From Candidatus Oxydemutatoraceae bacterium (GTDB taxonomy: Bacteria > Pseudomonadota > Gammaproteobacteria > Poriferisulfidales > Oxydemutatoraceae): a DNA stretch of 64,000 nt. The notes beneath the pieces were generated by a model. That model worked only from the letters and a program-made list of their open reading frames with translations, ran no database searches and was not told where the DNA came from. The position numbers and the translations under genes are program-made. The stretch spans positions 1,066,375 through 1,130,374 of the forward strand of contig OZ245335.1 of NCBI GenBank assembly GCA_965226235.1, written 5' to 3'. This document shows, piece by piece, positions 9,717-17,617 of this stretch (its first letter is position 1; the number at the start of each line of letters is the position of its first letter).

Positions 9717-12700
9717 AAGATTCTGGGACTGGATTTAGGAACCAATTCGGTTGGGTGGGCTTTGCTTGAGGGCAGAGGCGGCAAGCCACGGGAAATTATC
9801 GATGTCGGGGTTCGTATATTCAATGAAGCCATTGACAGCAAAAATAAAACACCGAAGAACGCGCAAAGAAGGCAGGCGCGTTTGGCAAGAAGGGTTTTAC
9901 AAAGACGAGCGCGCCGCAAGAGAAAAATGCTGTCTCTTCTGGTCAAGCAGGGGTTTTTGCCGCACAAGGCCCTGTCTTCGACCAACCTCGAAGGTATTTT
10001 GCATGAGCTTGGCGATCCTTATGAACTCAGGGCACGGGCACTGAATGACAGATTGTCTGAACACGAGTTGGGGCGCGTATTTTTTCATCTGGTACAAAGA
10101 CGGGGCTTCCTGAGCAACAAGAAAACGTTGTTGGGCGACATGGCCGATGACCCGGATGTAAAAGAAATACTGCAACAGGACGACAAACCTGATAACCAGA
10201 GCGATTCCGATGAGGAAAAAAAGAAGAATAAGGAAGAGAGTGAGTTCAAGCGGCATATATCCGAATTGAGAAACAAGATAGAAGCATCGGGTGCCAGAAC
10301 GCTGGGTGAGTATCTTCATAAGCATCGTAAAAACAACCTTAAACGCAATCGTTCTCATGCAGGCGAGTACGAGTATCTGAGAACAGATCGTCGCATGTAT
10401 CAGGAGGAGTTCGATAAGATCGTTAAAGCACAACGAAGATTGGGTGCCTCGTTACCTCAAGAGACTGTTGAGGCTGAGTTGCACAAGATCATATTTTTCC
10501 AGAGGCCTCTGAAATTCCGTTCCGATCGGGTAGGCAAATGCACCTTGGAACTTGGGAAAAACCGCGCGCGCATGGGGAGACTGGAGGCGCAGCGGTTCCG
10601 CTATTTGCAGGACATCAATCATCTGAAATATCGAGACATTGATGATTCTGAAAGGTCTGTAGGTGACAATGACCGGACGAAGTTGAAGGAATTGTTTGAG
10701 ACCGTTGAGAAGCCTACTTTCAGCAAAATAAAAAAAGTGCTGGGATTGAGCAAGGGGGTCAAGCTGAATCTGGAAGAGTATGGAACGAAAAAGCTGAAAG
10801 GCAACACGACTGCTTGCAGAATCAGAAAGGTTTATTCCGGGTGGGATGAGTTGAGCGCCGAGCAGCAAAAAAAGCTGGTTGAAGACCTGATTACGATCAA
10901 GAAAAAAAGCGTCTTGAAGAAACGCTTGATGAACCATTGGCGGTTCAGTAAGGAATCGACTGTCAATCTTTGTCTGATAGAGCTTGAGCCGGGGCATTCC
11001 AACCATAGCTTAAAGGCGATTGACAGAATATTGCCCTTCCTGGAGAAAGGGGAAATCTATTCCGACGCTCGGGAGAGTGCCGGGTATGGCTATGAGCAGG
11101 TGCAGCAAGATAGTCGGGAAACATTGGGAGAGCCGCCTGCAATACCCAACCCCATCGTCAGCAGGGGGCTCAGCGAGTTGCGCCGTGTAGTCAACGCCAT
11201 CATTGCCGAGTATGGCAAGCCCGATATCATCCGAATAGAAATGGCGCGTGATTTGGAAATGAACACTAAAAAGTACAAGCAGTATCAGAAGCAGATAAAC
11301 GCCAACTATAAAGCGAACGAGGAAGCGGCAGAAGAGTACGGGAAAGTAGCACGAGCCAACCCGCACTTGCGACTGAGAGACGAGGCTTCACGCGATGACA
11401 AAATTCGTTACCGGTTGTGGAAAGACCAGGATTGTCGATGCGTGTACAGCGGCCGGTCAATAGGGGGGCATGAGCTTTTCAGTCCCGAAGTGGAAATCGA
11501 CCATATCGTTCCCTATAGCCAATCACTGGATGATTCGTACATGAACAAGGTTGTTTGCCTGACGAAGGAAAATCGCTTCAAGGGACAGAGAACCCCAGTC
11601 GATGCGTTTGGTGGCAATGCAGAAAAGTGGCAGCAAATACGAGGAACGATAGAGAAATGGGGGAAGCCGTTGGCATCCAAGAAGAATCGTTTCTATTTGA
11701 CTGCTGAACAGGTAGAGCAAAGGGGGTTTGCTTCAAGACAGTTGAATGATACGCGTTATATCAGCAAGGAAGCGCAGGAGTATGTGCGTCAGTTGGGCGC
11801 GGATGTAAGTGTTACCAAGGGAGCTACCGTTGCCTTGCTCAGACGTCAGTGGGGGTTGAATCGTATTTTGTCTTCCGATGGTGGAAAGAATCGGGCAGAT
11901 CATCGGCATCATGCTGTTGACGCGGTTGTCATCGCGTCGATAGATCGCGGGATCCACCAAAGGCTCGTAAAAAGCGCACAGGAAGTCGAGCGGCAAGGAA
12001 GTGAGCTTGCCACGCGCAGGCTGGTGCTGGATATGCCTTATCCCGAGTTGAGGGATGAAATCGAGGACAAGTTAAACCGAGTTATTGTGTCGCATGATCC
12101 GCAGCGTAAGGTTTCCGGGGCTCTACACAAGGGTAAGGGGCTGGGCTTCAAAAAAGGGATTGGCTTGATCACCAGAAAGCATCTTGACAGTGAAATTACG
12201 TCTAAGCAGGTAAAAAATATTGTCGATCCGGTTGTCCGGGGTCAAGTCGAGGATCATCTTATGCAATATGGCGGCTCGCCAAAGATCGCATTTGCCGAGG
12301 ATGTTATTGTGCGGCATAAGAATGGCAGGACGCCGATCAGGCGAGTACGGGTTGTTCAGTCCAAAACGACGTTCGAAAAGCTTGAGAGTGGTAAGTACAG
12401 CAAGTTTGGCGTGAAAAATAAAGATGGTGAGGTTTTTAAGTGGATGGATTATGGCAACACTCATCACGTCGAAATTCTCCAGAGCAAAAAGGATACGGGT
12501 AAAATCAAGGGCGAGTTCGTTACCACAATGGAGGCAGCGAAAAGGGCAAGAAGAAACAGAACTCGGTCATTGGTCAGAACCGATCATGGAGAAGAATGGA
12601 GGCTCTTGATGGTGTTGCACATAAACAACCTGGTGAGTGTGAAGGTGAACGATTGCAGACAGATTTACAGAGTGCAGAAGCTTAGTAAAACCAGGAACAG

Positions 12701-12842
12701 CATAACCCTGAGGCTGCATACGGCGGCGACGCTGGAAAACAAGGATGAAAAAGGGATCGAGTTGAGAATCAACCCAGAGAATTTTGAGAAACATAAGCCG
12801 AAGTTGTTGCAGGTTAACGCGATTGGAAAATTATTGTCGTGA
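9708..12842 (+). CDS. cas9: Cas9, type II-C size class (1044 aa), GTG start
   Basis: N-terminal RuvC-I ILGLDLGTNSVGWA, HNH motif EIDHIVPYSQSLDDSYMNKVVCLTKENRFKGQRTP and RuvC-III HHAVDAVVIA. A GGGAG Shine-Dalgarno lies 7 nt upstream of the GTG. It overlaps cas1 by 4 bp. Confidence 0.95.
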   Translation: MSQKILGLDLGTNSVGWALLEGRGGKPREIIDVGVRIFNEAIDSKNKTPKNAQRRQARLARRVLQRRARRKRKMLSLLVKQGFLPHKALSSTNLEGILHELGDPYELRARALNDRLSEHELGRVFFHLVQRRGFLSNKKTLLGDMADDPDVKEILQQDDKPDNQSDSDEEKKKNKEESEFKRHISELRNKIEASGARTLGEYLHKHRKNNLKRNRSHAGEYEYLRTDRRMYQEEFDKIVKAQRRLGASLPQETVEAELHKIIFFQRPLKFRSDRVGKCTLELGKNRARMGRLEAQRFRYLQDINHLKYRDIDDSERSVGDNDRTKLKELFETVEKPTFSKIKKVLGLSKGVKLNLEEYGTKKLKGNTTACRIRKVYSGWDELSAEQQKKLVEDLITIKKKSVLKKRLMNHWRFSKESTVNLCLIELEPGHSNHSLKAIDRILPFLEKGEIYSDARESAGYGYEQVQQDSRETLGEPPAIPNPIVSRGLSELRRVVNAIIAEYGKPDIIRIEMARDLEMNTKKYKQYQKQINANYKANEEAAEEYGKVARANPHLRLRDEASRDDKIRYRLWKDQDCRCVYSGRSIGGHELFSPEVEIDHIVPYSQSLDDSYMNKVVCLTKENRFKGQRTPVDAFGGNAEKWQQIRGTIEKWGKPLASKKNRFYLTAEQVEQRGFASRQLNDTRYISKEAQEYVRQLGADVSVTKGATVALLRRQWGLNRILSSDGGKNRADHRHHAVDAVVIASIDRGIHQRLVKSAQEVERQGSELATRRLVLDMPYPELRDEIEDKLNRVIVSHDPQRKVSGALHKGKGLGFKKGIGLITRKHLDSEITSKQVKNIVDPVVRGQVEDHLMQYGGSPKIAFAEDVIVRHKNGRTPIRRVRVVQSKTTFEKLESGKYSKFGVKNKDGEVFKWMDYGNTHHVEILQSKKDTGKIKGEFVTTMEAAKRARRNRTRSLVRTDHGEEWRLLMVLHINNLVSVKVNDCRQIYRVQKLSKTRNSITLRLHTAATLENKDEKGIELRINPENFEKHKPKLLQVNAIGKLLS

Positions 12843-13738
12843 TAAAACGTGTCGTCGATGTAAGCAGCGCCAGCACGTTAAGGCTGGAGAACAAACAACT
12901 GGTCATTGAACAGGGCTTTTCTCAAGCAGCGAGAGTGTCACTGGAAGATTTGGGCATCCTGATACTGCAACACCCTGCGATCACTATTACTCAACCTGTC
13001 TTGAGAGAATGCCAAAGAAATAATGCTGCTGTCGTTTTGTGCGATGAACGCCACCTGCCTACATCGGTTATTCTGCCCTTGATGACGGGGAACTCTCTGC
13101 ATAGCAAAATCATCAGGCAGCAGATGGCAGCCAGCAAATCAAGGGAAAAAAGGGTTTGGCAACAGATTATAAGACACAAGATACGTGCTCAGATCAGGCT
13201 ACTGGCAAGACAAGAGAAGCCTACGAAAGCGCTGGAGTTGCTTTTTCAGAGAGTCAGGTCAGGAGATCCGGACAACTGTGAGGCTCAGGCCGCGCAAAAA
13301 TACTGGCCCCTGTTGTTTGGTTCCGGCTTTCGCCGGAACCAAACGGCCGACGGGATGAACGCATTGTTGAACTACGGTTATGCGATTATGCGAGCGATGT
13401 TAGCCAGAGCTGTTGTGGGCGCAGGACTGCATCCCGCATTGGGTGTGCACCATAGGAACCAGTATAACGGCCTGAATTTGGCTGACGACTTGATGGAACC
13501 TCTTAGGCCTTGGGTTGACGAAGTAGTCCTGAAACTAGCTGGAGAGAACAACCTGACTGTCAATCGTGAATCCAAGAAATGTCTGTTGGCGCTACTTTTT
13601 TCCCTAGTGATATGGAAGAAGAAATCCTTGCCCTTGATGTCCTGTAGTCATAGCCTGGTGGCTGATTTCAAGAGAATGCTGGGTGGAGACCAATCCTTTT
13701 TTGATTATCCGGTGTTATCAGAGGGTTCGGTGCAATAA
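12839..13738 (+). CDS. cas1: Cas1 integrase
   Basis: NALLNYGYAIMRA...GVHHRNQYNGLNLADDLMEPLRP motifs with conserved acidic and His residues. The length (299 aa) is typical of type II Cas1. Confidence 0.93.
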   Translation: MIKRVVDVSSASTLRLENKQLVIEQGFSQAARVSLEDLGILILQHPAITITQPVLRECQRNNAAVVLCDERHLPTSVILPLMTGNSLHSKIIRQQMAASKSREKRVWQQIIRHKIRAQIRLLARQEKPTKALELLFQRVRSGDPDNCEAQAAQKYWPLLFGSGFRRNQTADGMNALLNYGYAIMRAMLARAVVGAGLHPALGVHHRNQYNGLNLADDLMEPLRPWVDEVVLKLAGENNLTVNRESKKCLLALLFSLVIWKKKSLPLMSCSHSLVADFKRMLGGDQSFFDYPVLSEGSVQ

Positions 13739-13886
13739 ATTTACCGAATAGCCAAATGGCAGATTATTAAAGAGAACGAGGAGGGCACTTCGGCAAGGCT
13801 ATTCGCCGATCGCGTACGACACGGAGCCATCCGTCGTATAACGGATTTCCTGCTTCTACAGAGCGCCGACGTTTCAAGCAGAAAAA

Positions 13887-14216
13887 ATGGCTTTTGGTGG
13901 CCTAAATACTTTGTGGCTAATCGTGCTATTTGATTTACCTACGGATACCAAGACAGCACGTAAAAGGTACGTAAATTTCCGAAAGCACTTGCTTTCGGAC
14001 GGTTTTACGATGATGCAGTATTCGGTTTACATGCGACATAGCGCCAGTGAGGAAAACGCTCAGGTGCACCGTAACCGTGTCAAACAGTTTTTACCGCCTG
14101 AGGGAGAGGTCCGGATGATCAAGATCACCGACAAGCAGTTTTCAAAAATAGAGGTTTTCTACGGCAAAAAACGTGTTCCTATTGAACCAGCCCCCAGCCA
14201 ATTGCAATTACTCTGA
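13887..14216 (+). CDS. cas2: Cas2
   Basis: LIVLFDLPTDTKTARKRYVNFRKHLLSDGFTMMQYSVY closely resembles type II Cas2 (FDMPTDT...RKFLL...QFSVY). Confidence 0.9.
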   Translation: MAFGGLNTLWLIVLFDLPTDTKTARKRYVNFRKHLLSDGFTMMQYSVYMRHSASEENAQVHRNRVKQFLPPEGEVRMIKITDKQFSKIEVFYGKKRVPIEPAPSQLQLL

Positions 14217-14264
14217 ACGAACTTCTACCAAAAGTTCTTTATTTTCAATGCGTTGTGTTGGGAA

Positions 14265-15435
14265 TAGTGTAACTGACCAAGACCTATCCGCAAATCACAA
14301 TCCCATTCAGCCGACATATAGAATACGTCCGCGAGTGTAACTGACCAAGACCTATCCGCAAATCACAATACGTATTACGGTGTAGGGTGAGTCGGATAAG
14401 AGTGTAACTGACCAAGACCTATCCGCAAATCACAATTGCCGAAGCTGCCTGTTGATAAATTCAGAGAGTGTAACTGACCAAGACCTATCCGCAAATCACA
14501 ATGCCCGTGGGGGCCGGTCCAGTCTGCTGACAAGTGTAACTGACCAAGACCTATCCGCAAATCACAATCGTTCACCCTGCGTGGCTCATCGTACCTGTAG
14601 TGTAACTGACCAAGACCTATCCGCAAATCACAATCAGTGGGTAGACTGGCATGAAAGGCAAAACTATAGTGTAACTGACCAAGACCTATCCGCAAATCAC
14701 AATCAGCGTAACCTTGAGCCCGCGTTCGCCTCCGAGTGTAACTGACCAAGACCTATCCGCAAATCACAATAGGCAAGAGATAGACCGCCTGATCGGAGAA
14801 AGTGTAACTGACCAAGACCTATCCGCAAATCACAATCCGGATTCAAGCGAGTCTCTATCGACAAACAGTGTAACTGACCAAGACCTATCCGCAAATCACA
14901 ATCCGTAGTCCCGCCAACCAATATAGACTTGCAGTGTAACTGACCAAGACCTATCCGCAAATCACAATAGTTCGGTGATTGGTGGGCTTAGGGTGAAAAG
15001 TGTAACTGACCAAGACCTATCCGCAAATCACAATTCAGATGGCAACTGCGAGATATGCGCAAAAGTGTAACTGACCAAGACCTATCCGCAAATCACAATC
15101 GGTGCTGACAACGCATGCCTGCCACACGTAGTGTAACTGACCAAGACCTATCCGCAAATCACAATCTTAATGTGGTAGCAAATCATCCCTTCCCTTAGTG
15201 TAACTGACCAAGACCTATCCGCAAATCACAATCATGGCGTGCTTTACGATCTCACGCGGATAAGTGTAACTGACCAAGACCTATCCGCAAATCACAATGA
15301 AGCTGTAACTGCTGCACTTCAGATGGCGGGATAAGTGTAACTGACCAAGACCTATCCGCAAATCACAATTCGATCTCTGTTGCCTCAACAAGCACGGTCA
15401 AGTGTAACTGACCAAGACCTATCCGCAAATCACAA
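14265..15435. CRISPR. CRISPR array of 18 identical 36-bp repeats (AGTGTAACTGACCAAGACCTATCCGCAAATCACAAT) and 17 spacers of 29-35 bp, mostly 30. Only the last base of the last repeat differs (T to C).
   Basis: Repeats counted directly, with starts at 14265, 14333, 14400, 14466 ... 15400. The transcribed strand is not determinable from sequence alone. Confidence 0.97.
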
Positions 15436-15499
15436 CCGTCTTTAGCCACGGTGTATCGACCATGAAGCCAGGCGGGACTTTATCCAAGAGTGGTTTCAA

Positions 15500-15645
15500 T
15501 CTTTGTGTTCTTTGATGGTACATAGCCATTAAACTATTATATATTCAAAATATGTTCAAAGGATTTTTTAGTTCTTGTGCATATACATGGTCTATTGCCA
15601 TTCAAATCAATGCAATTCAAAATCAGGATACGGATGATTCAATCA
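15500..15645. promoter_or_regulatory. AT-rich leader-like block abutting the cas-distal end of the array, with four TTCAAA-containing direct motifs
   Basis: A strongly AT-rich ~150 bp containing tattcaaaat, tgttcaaagg, cattcaaatc and aattcaaaat. No ORFs lie here. Confidence 0.35.
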
Positions 15646-16135
15646 CTCGAGAGCGAGCGCAATATACAAGGCAGGAGGATCGCGCGTTTGGCCCGAACGT
15701 GGCGGCTTTAACGGGCCAAGTCATCTGAGCGGCGGGCAGGCTGTCGACGACGAAGACAACATGAGCTGGTGCGGCCGACGTGGACTACCGGGTCAGGACC
15801 CGTACATCAATGCATCGATCCGGTCGGCGATCTTTTGTGCGGATTCTCGAAATTTCTCGACAGTCCAGCCGGCCACCTAGCCTTCGGTAACACCGTTAAG
15901 CCGAGCATGGTTGGCGAGGCGTTTGGTGAGCGAGGGATGCAGCATTAGTTCTTGCTCGGCGGCGGTGATAAAGCAGTTCCACAACATTCCCTGCAACTCT
16001 TTTTGCATGAGCATTTCAGTTCCATTTTGTTCCCACTCATTCTCACTTTTGCCAGTAAGGTGTGAGATCAAATCGAAAACTACTAAAGATCCGCCAATTT
16101 TCAGTAAAGGGATACAGTTCATCCAAATACCTAAC

Positions 16136-17617
16136 CTACCGCAAACCAGAAAGCACCTCGCGAAAACTGTTGAGACCAGCTTCAAGGTTCTCAATGATCT
16201 CTTCGGCAAGATCGTTAGGCTCGGGCAGGTTGTCCAGATCGGTCAGGTTCTTGTCCTTGAGCCAGAAGATGTCCAGGCTGGTCTTGCCGCGCGCGCTGAT
16301 CTCCTCGTAGCTGTAGCTGCGCCAACGGCCTTCCGGTGCGTCCTTTTCGTCATAGGTCGCCTTGCGCTGATGTCGGTTCTGCGGGTTGTAGCAGTTGATG
16401 AAGTCCGACAGATCCTCGAAGCGCATCGGCTTCTTCTTCAGCGTATGGTGAATGTTGGTGCGGTAGTCGTAGTACCAGACCTGCTTTGTCCAGGGATTCG
16501 GGTTGGCTTCGTGGTTGTCGAAGAAGATCACATTGGCCTTGACTCCTTGCGCGTAAAACACGCCGGTCGGCAAGCGTAGGATGGTGTGCAGGTCCGTGTT
16601 GTCCAGCAGCTTCTTGCGGATCGTTTCACCGGCACCGCCTTCAAACAGCACGTTGTCGGGAACGACGACGGCAGCGCGGCCAGTGGTCTTGAGCAGCGTG
16701 CGGATGTGCTGCACGAAATTTAGCTGCTTGTTCGAGGTCGTCGCCCAGAAATCCTGCCGGTTATAGGTCAGGTCGTCGGTTTCCTGCTCGCCTTCCTCGT
16801 TCGTGAAGCTCATGGAGCTTTTCTTGCCGAAGGGCGGGTTCGCCAGCACATAGTCAAAGCGCCTTCCGGCATCGGCCACGAGCGAATCGTTTGGCAATAT
16901 GGGCACGCCGCCGTCGATCTCGCCGATGTTGTGCAGGAACATGTTCATCAGACACAGACGGCGTGTATTGGCGACGATCTCGTTGCCGTGAAACGCCTTG
17001 TGCTTCAGGAACGCCTTCTGCTTCTTGTCTAGGTTGAAGTTGTCCGGGTTGGTCATGAAGTCGTAGGCGGCGAGAAAGAAACCGCCCGTACCGCAGGCCG
17101 GGTCGGCGATGAGCGTACCCGGTTCGGGCCGTACGCATTCGACCATGGCGCGGATGAGAGCGCGGGGCGTGAAATACTGGCCGGCACCTGATTTGGTGTC
17201 TTCGGCATTCCGCTCCAGCAGGCCTTCGTAGATGTCGCCCTTGATATCCGCGCCCATGGTGACCCACTCTGTGTCGTCCACCATGTCGATGAGGCGGAAC
17301 AGCTTTGCCGGGTCTTGAATCTTGTTCTGGGCCTTGGTGAAGATATGGCCCAGCATGTCCTTCTTCGTACCGAGTTCACGCAGCAGAGCGATATAGTGGT
17401 TTTCGAGCTCCGCACCCCGCCTTGCTTTCAGGGTCTGCCAGTTGAATTTGGCTGGGATACCGACATCGCGGTTGTACGGGGGGTTGGCGTACTCGCCGGC
17501 CATCTTGAGGAAGATCAGATAGGTGAGTTGCTCCAGGTAGTCGCCATAGCTCACCCCGTCATCGCGCAGGGTGGTGCAGAAGCTCCAGACTTTGGAGACG
17601 ATGGGAGCGGTGTTCAT
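16136..17617 (-). CDS. hsdM: Type I restriction-modification N6-adenine methyltransferase subunit HsdM
   Basis: HsdM N-terminal domain and the LANPPFG catalytic motif. The reading frame is intact. Confidence 0.9.
   Translation of the reverse strand: MNTAPIVSKVWSFCTTLRDDGVSYGDYLEQLTYLIFLKMAGEYANPPYNRDVGIPAKFNWQTLKARRGAELENHYIALLRELGTKKDMLGHIFTKAQNKIQDPAKLFRLIDMVDDTEWVTMGADIKGDIYEGLLERNAEDTKSGAGQYFTPRALIRAMVECVRPEPGTLIADPACGTGGFFLAAYDFMTNPDNFNLDKKQKAFLKHKAFHGNEIVANTRRLCLMNMFLHNIGEIDGGVPILPNDSLVADAGRRFDYVLANPPFGKKSSMSFTNEEGEQETDDLTYNRQDFWATTSNKQLNFVQHIRTLLKTTGRAAVVVPDNVLFEGGAGETIRKKLLDNTDLHTILRLPTGVFYAQGVKANVIFFDNHEANPNPWTKQVWYYDYRTNIHHTLKKKPMRFEDLSDFINCYNPQNRHQRKATYDEKDAPEGRWRSYSYEEISARGKTSLDIFWLKDKNLTDLDNLPEPNDLAEEIIENLEAGLNSFREVLSGLR

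Noticed and set aside
13739-13886. Weak similarity of gctattcgccgatc (cas1-cas2 gap) to the repeat segment cctatccgcaaatc as a second anti-repeat
   Set aside because: Only about 10 of 14 positions match. This is consistent with chance and far weaker than the 22/23 match at 9658-9680.
14375-14960. ORFs of 64-124 aa on both strands inside 14375-14960, with repetitive peptides (CDLRIGLGQLH..., VTDQDLSANHN...)
   Set aside because: They are translations of the 36-bp CRISPR repeat read through successive repeat-spacer units. Their periodicity equals the array period, so they are not genes.
15400-15435. The last repeat as a 'degenerate terminal repeat' marking the leader-distal end
   Set aside because: Only the final base differs (T to C), and the first repeat is also perfect. 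This is a boundary effect, not the multi-mismatch degeneration used to orient arrays, so it was not used as orientation evidence.
15911-16579. 222-aa plus-strand ORF, plus 15877-16209 minus-strand ORF overlapping the hsdM 3' end
   Set aside because: The plus-strand ORF is antisense to the well-supported hsdM gene. The 110-aa minus-strand ORF overlaps the last ~24 codons of hsdM and has no homology support. Both are likely spurious, although a short real ORF downstream of hsdM cannot be excluded.
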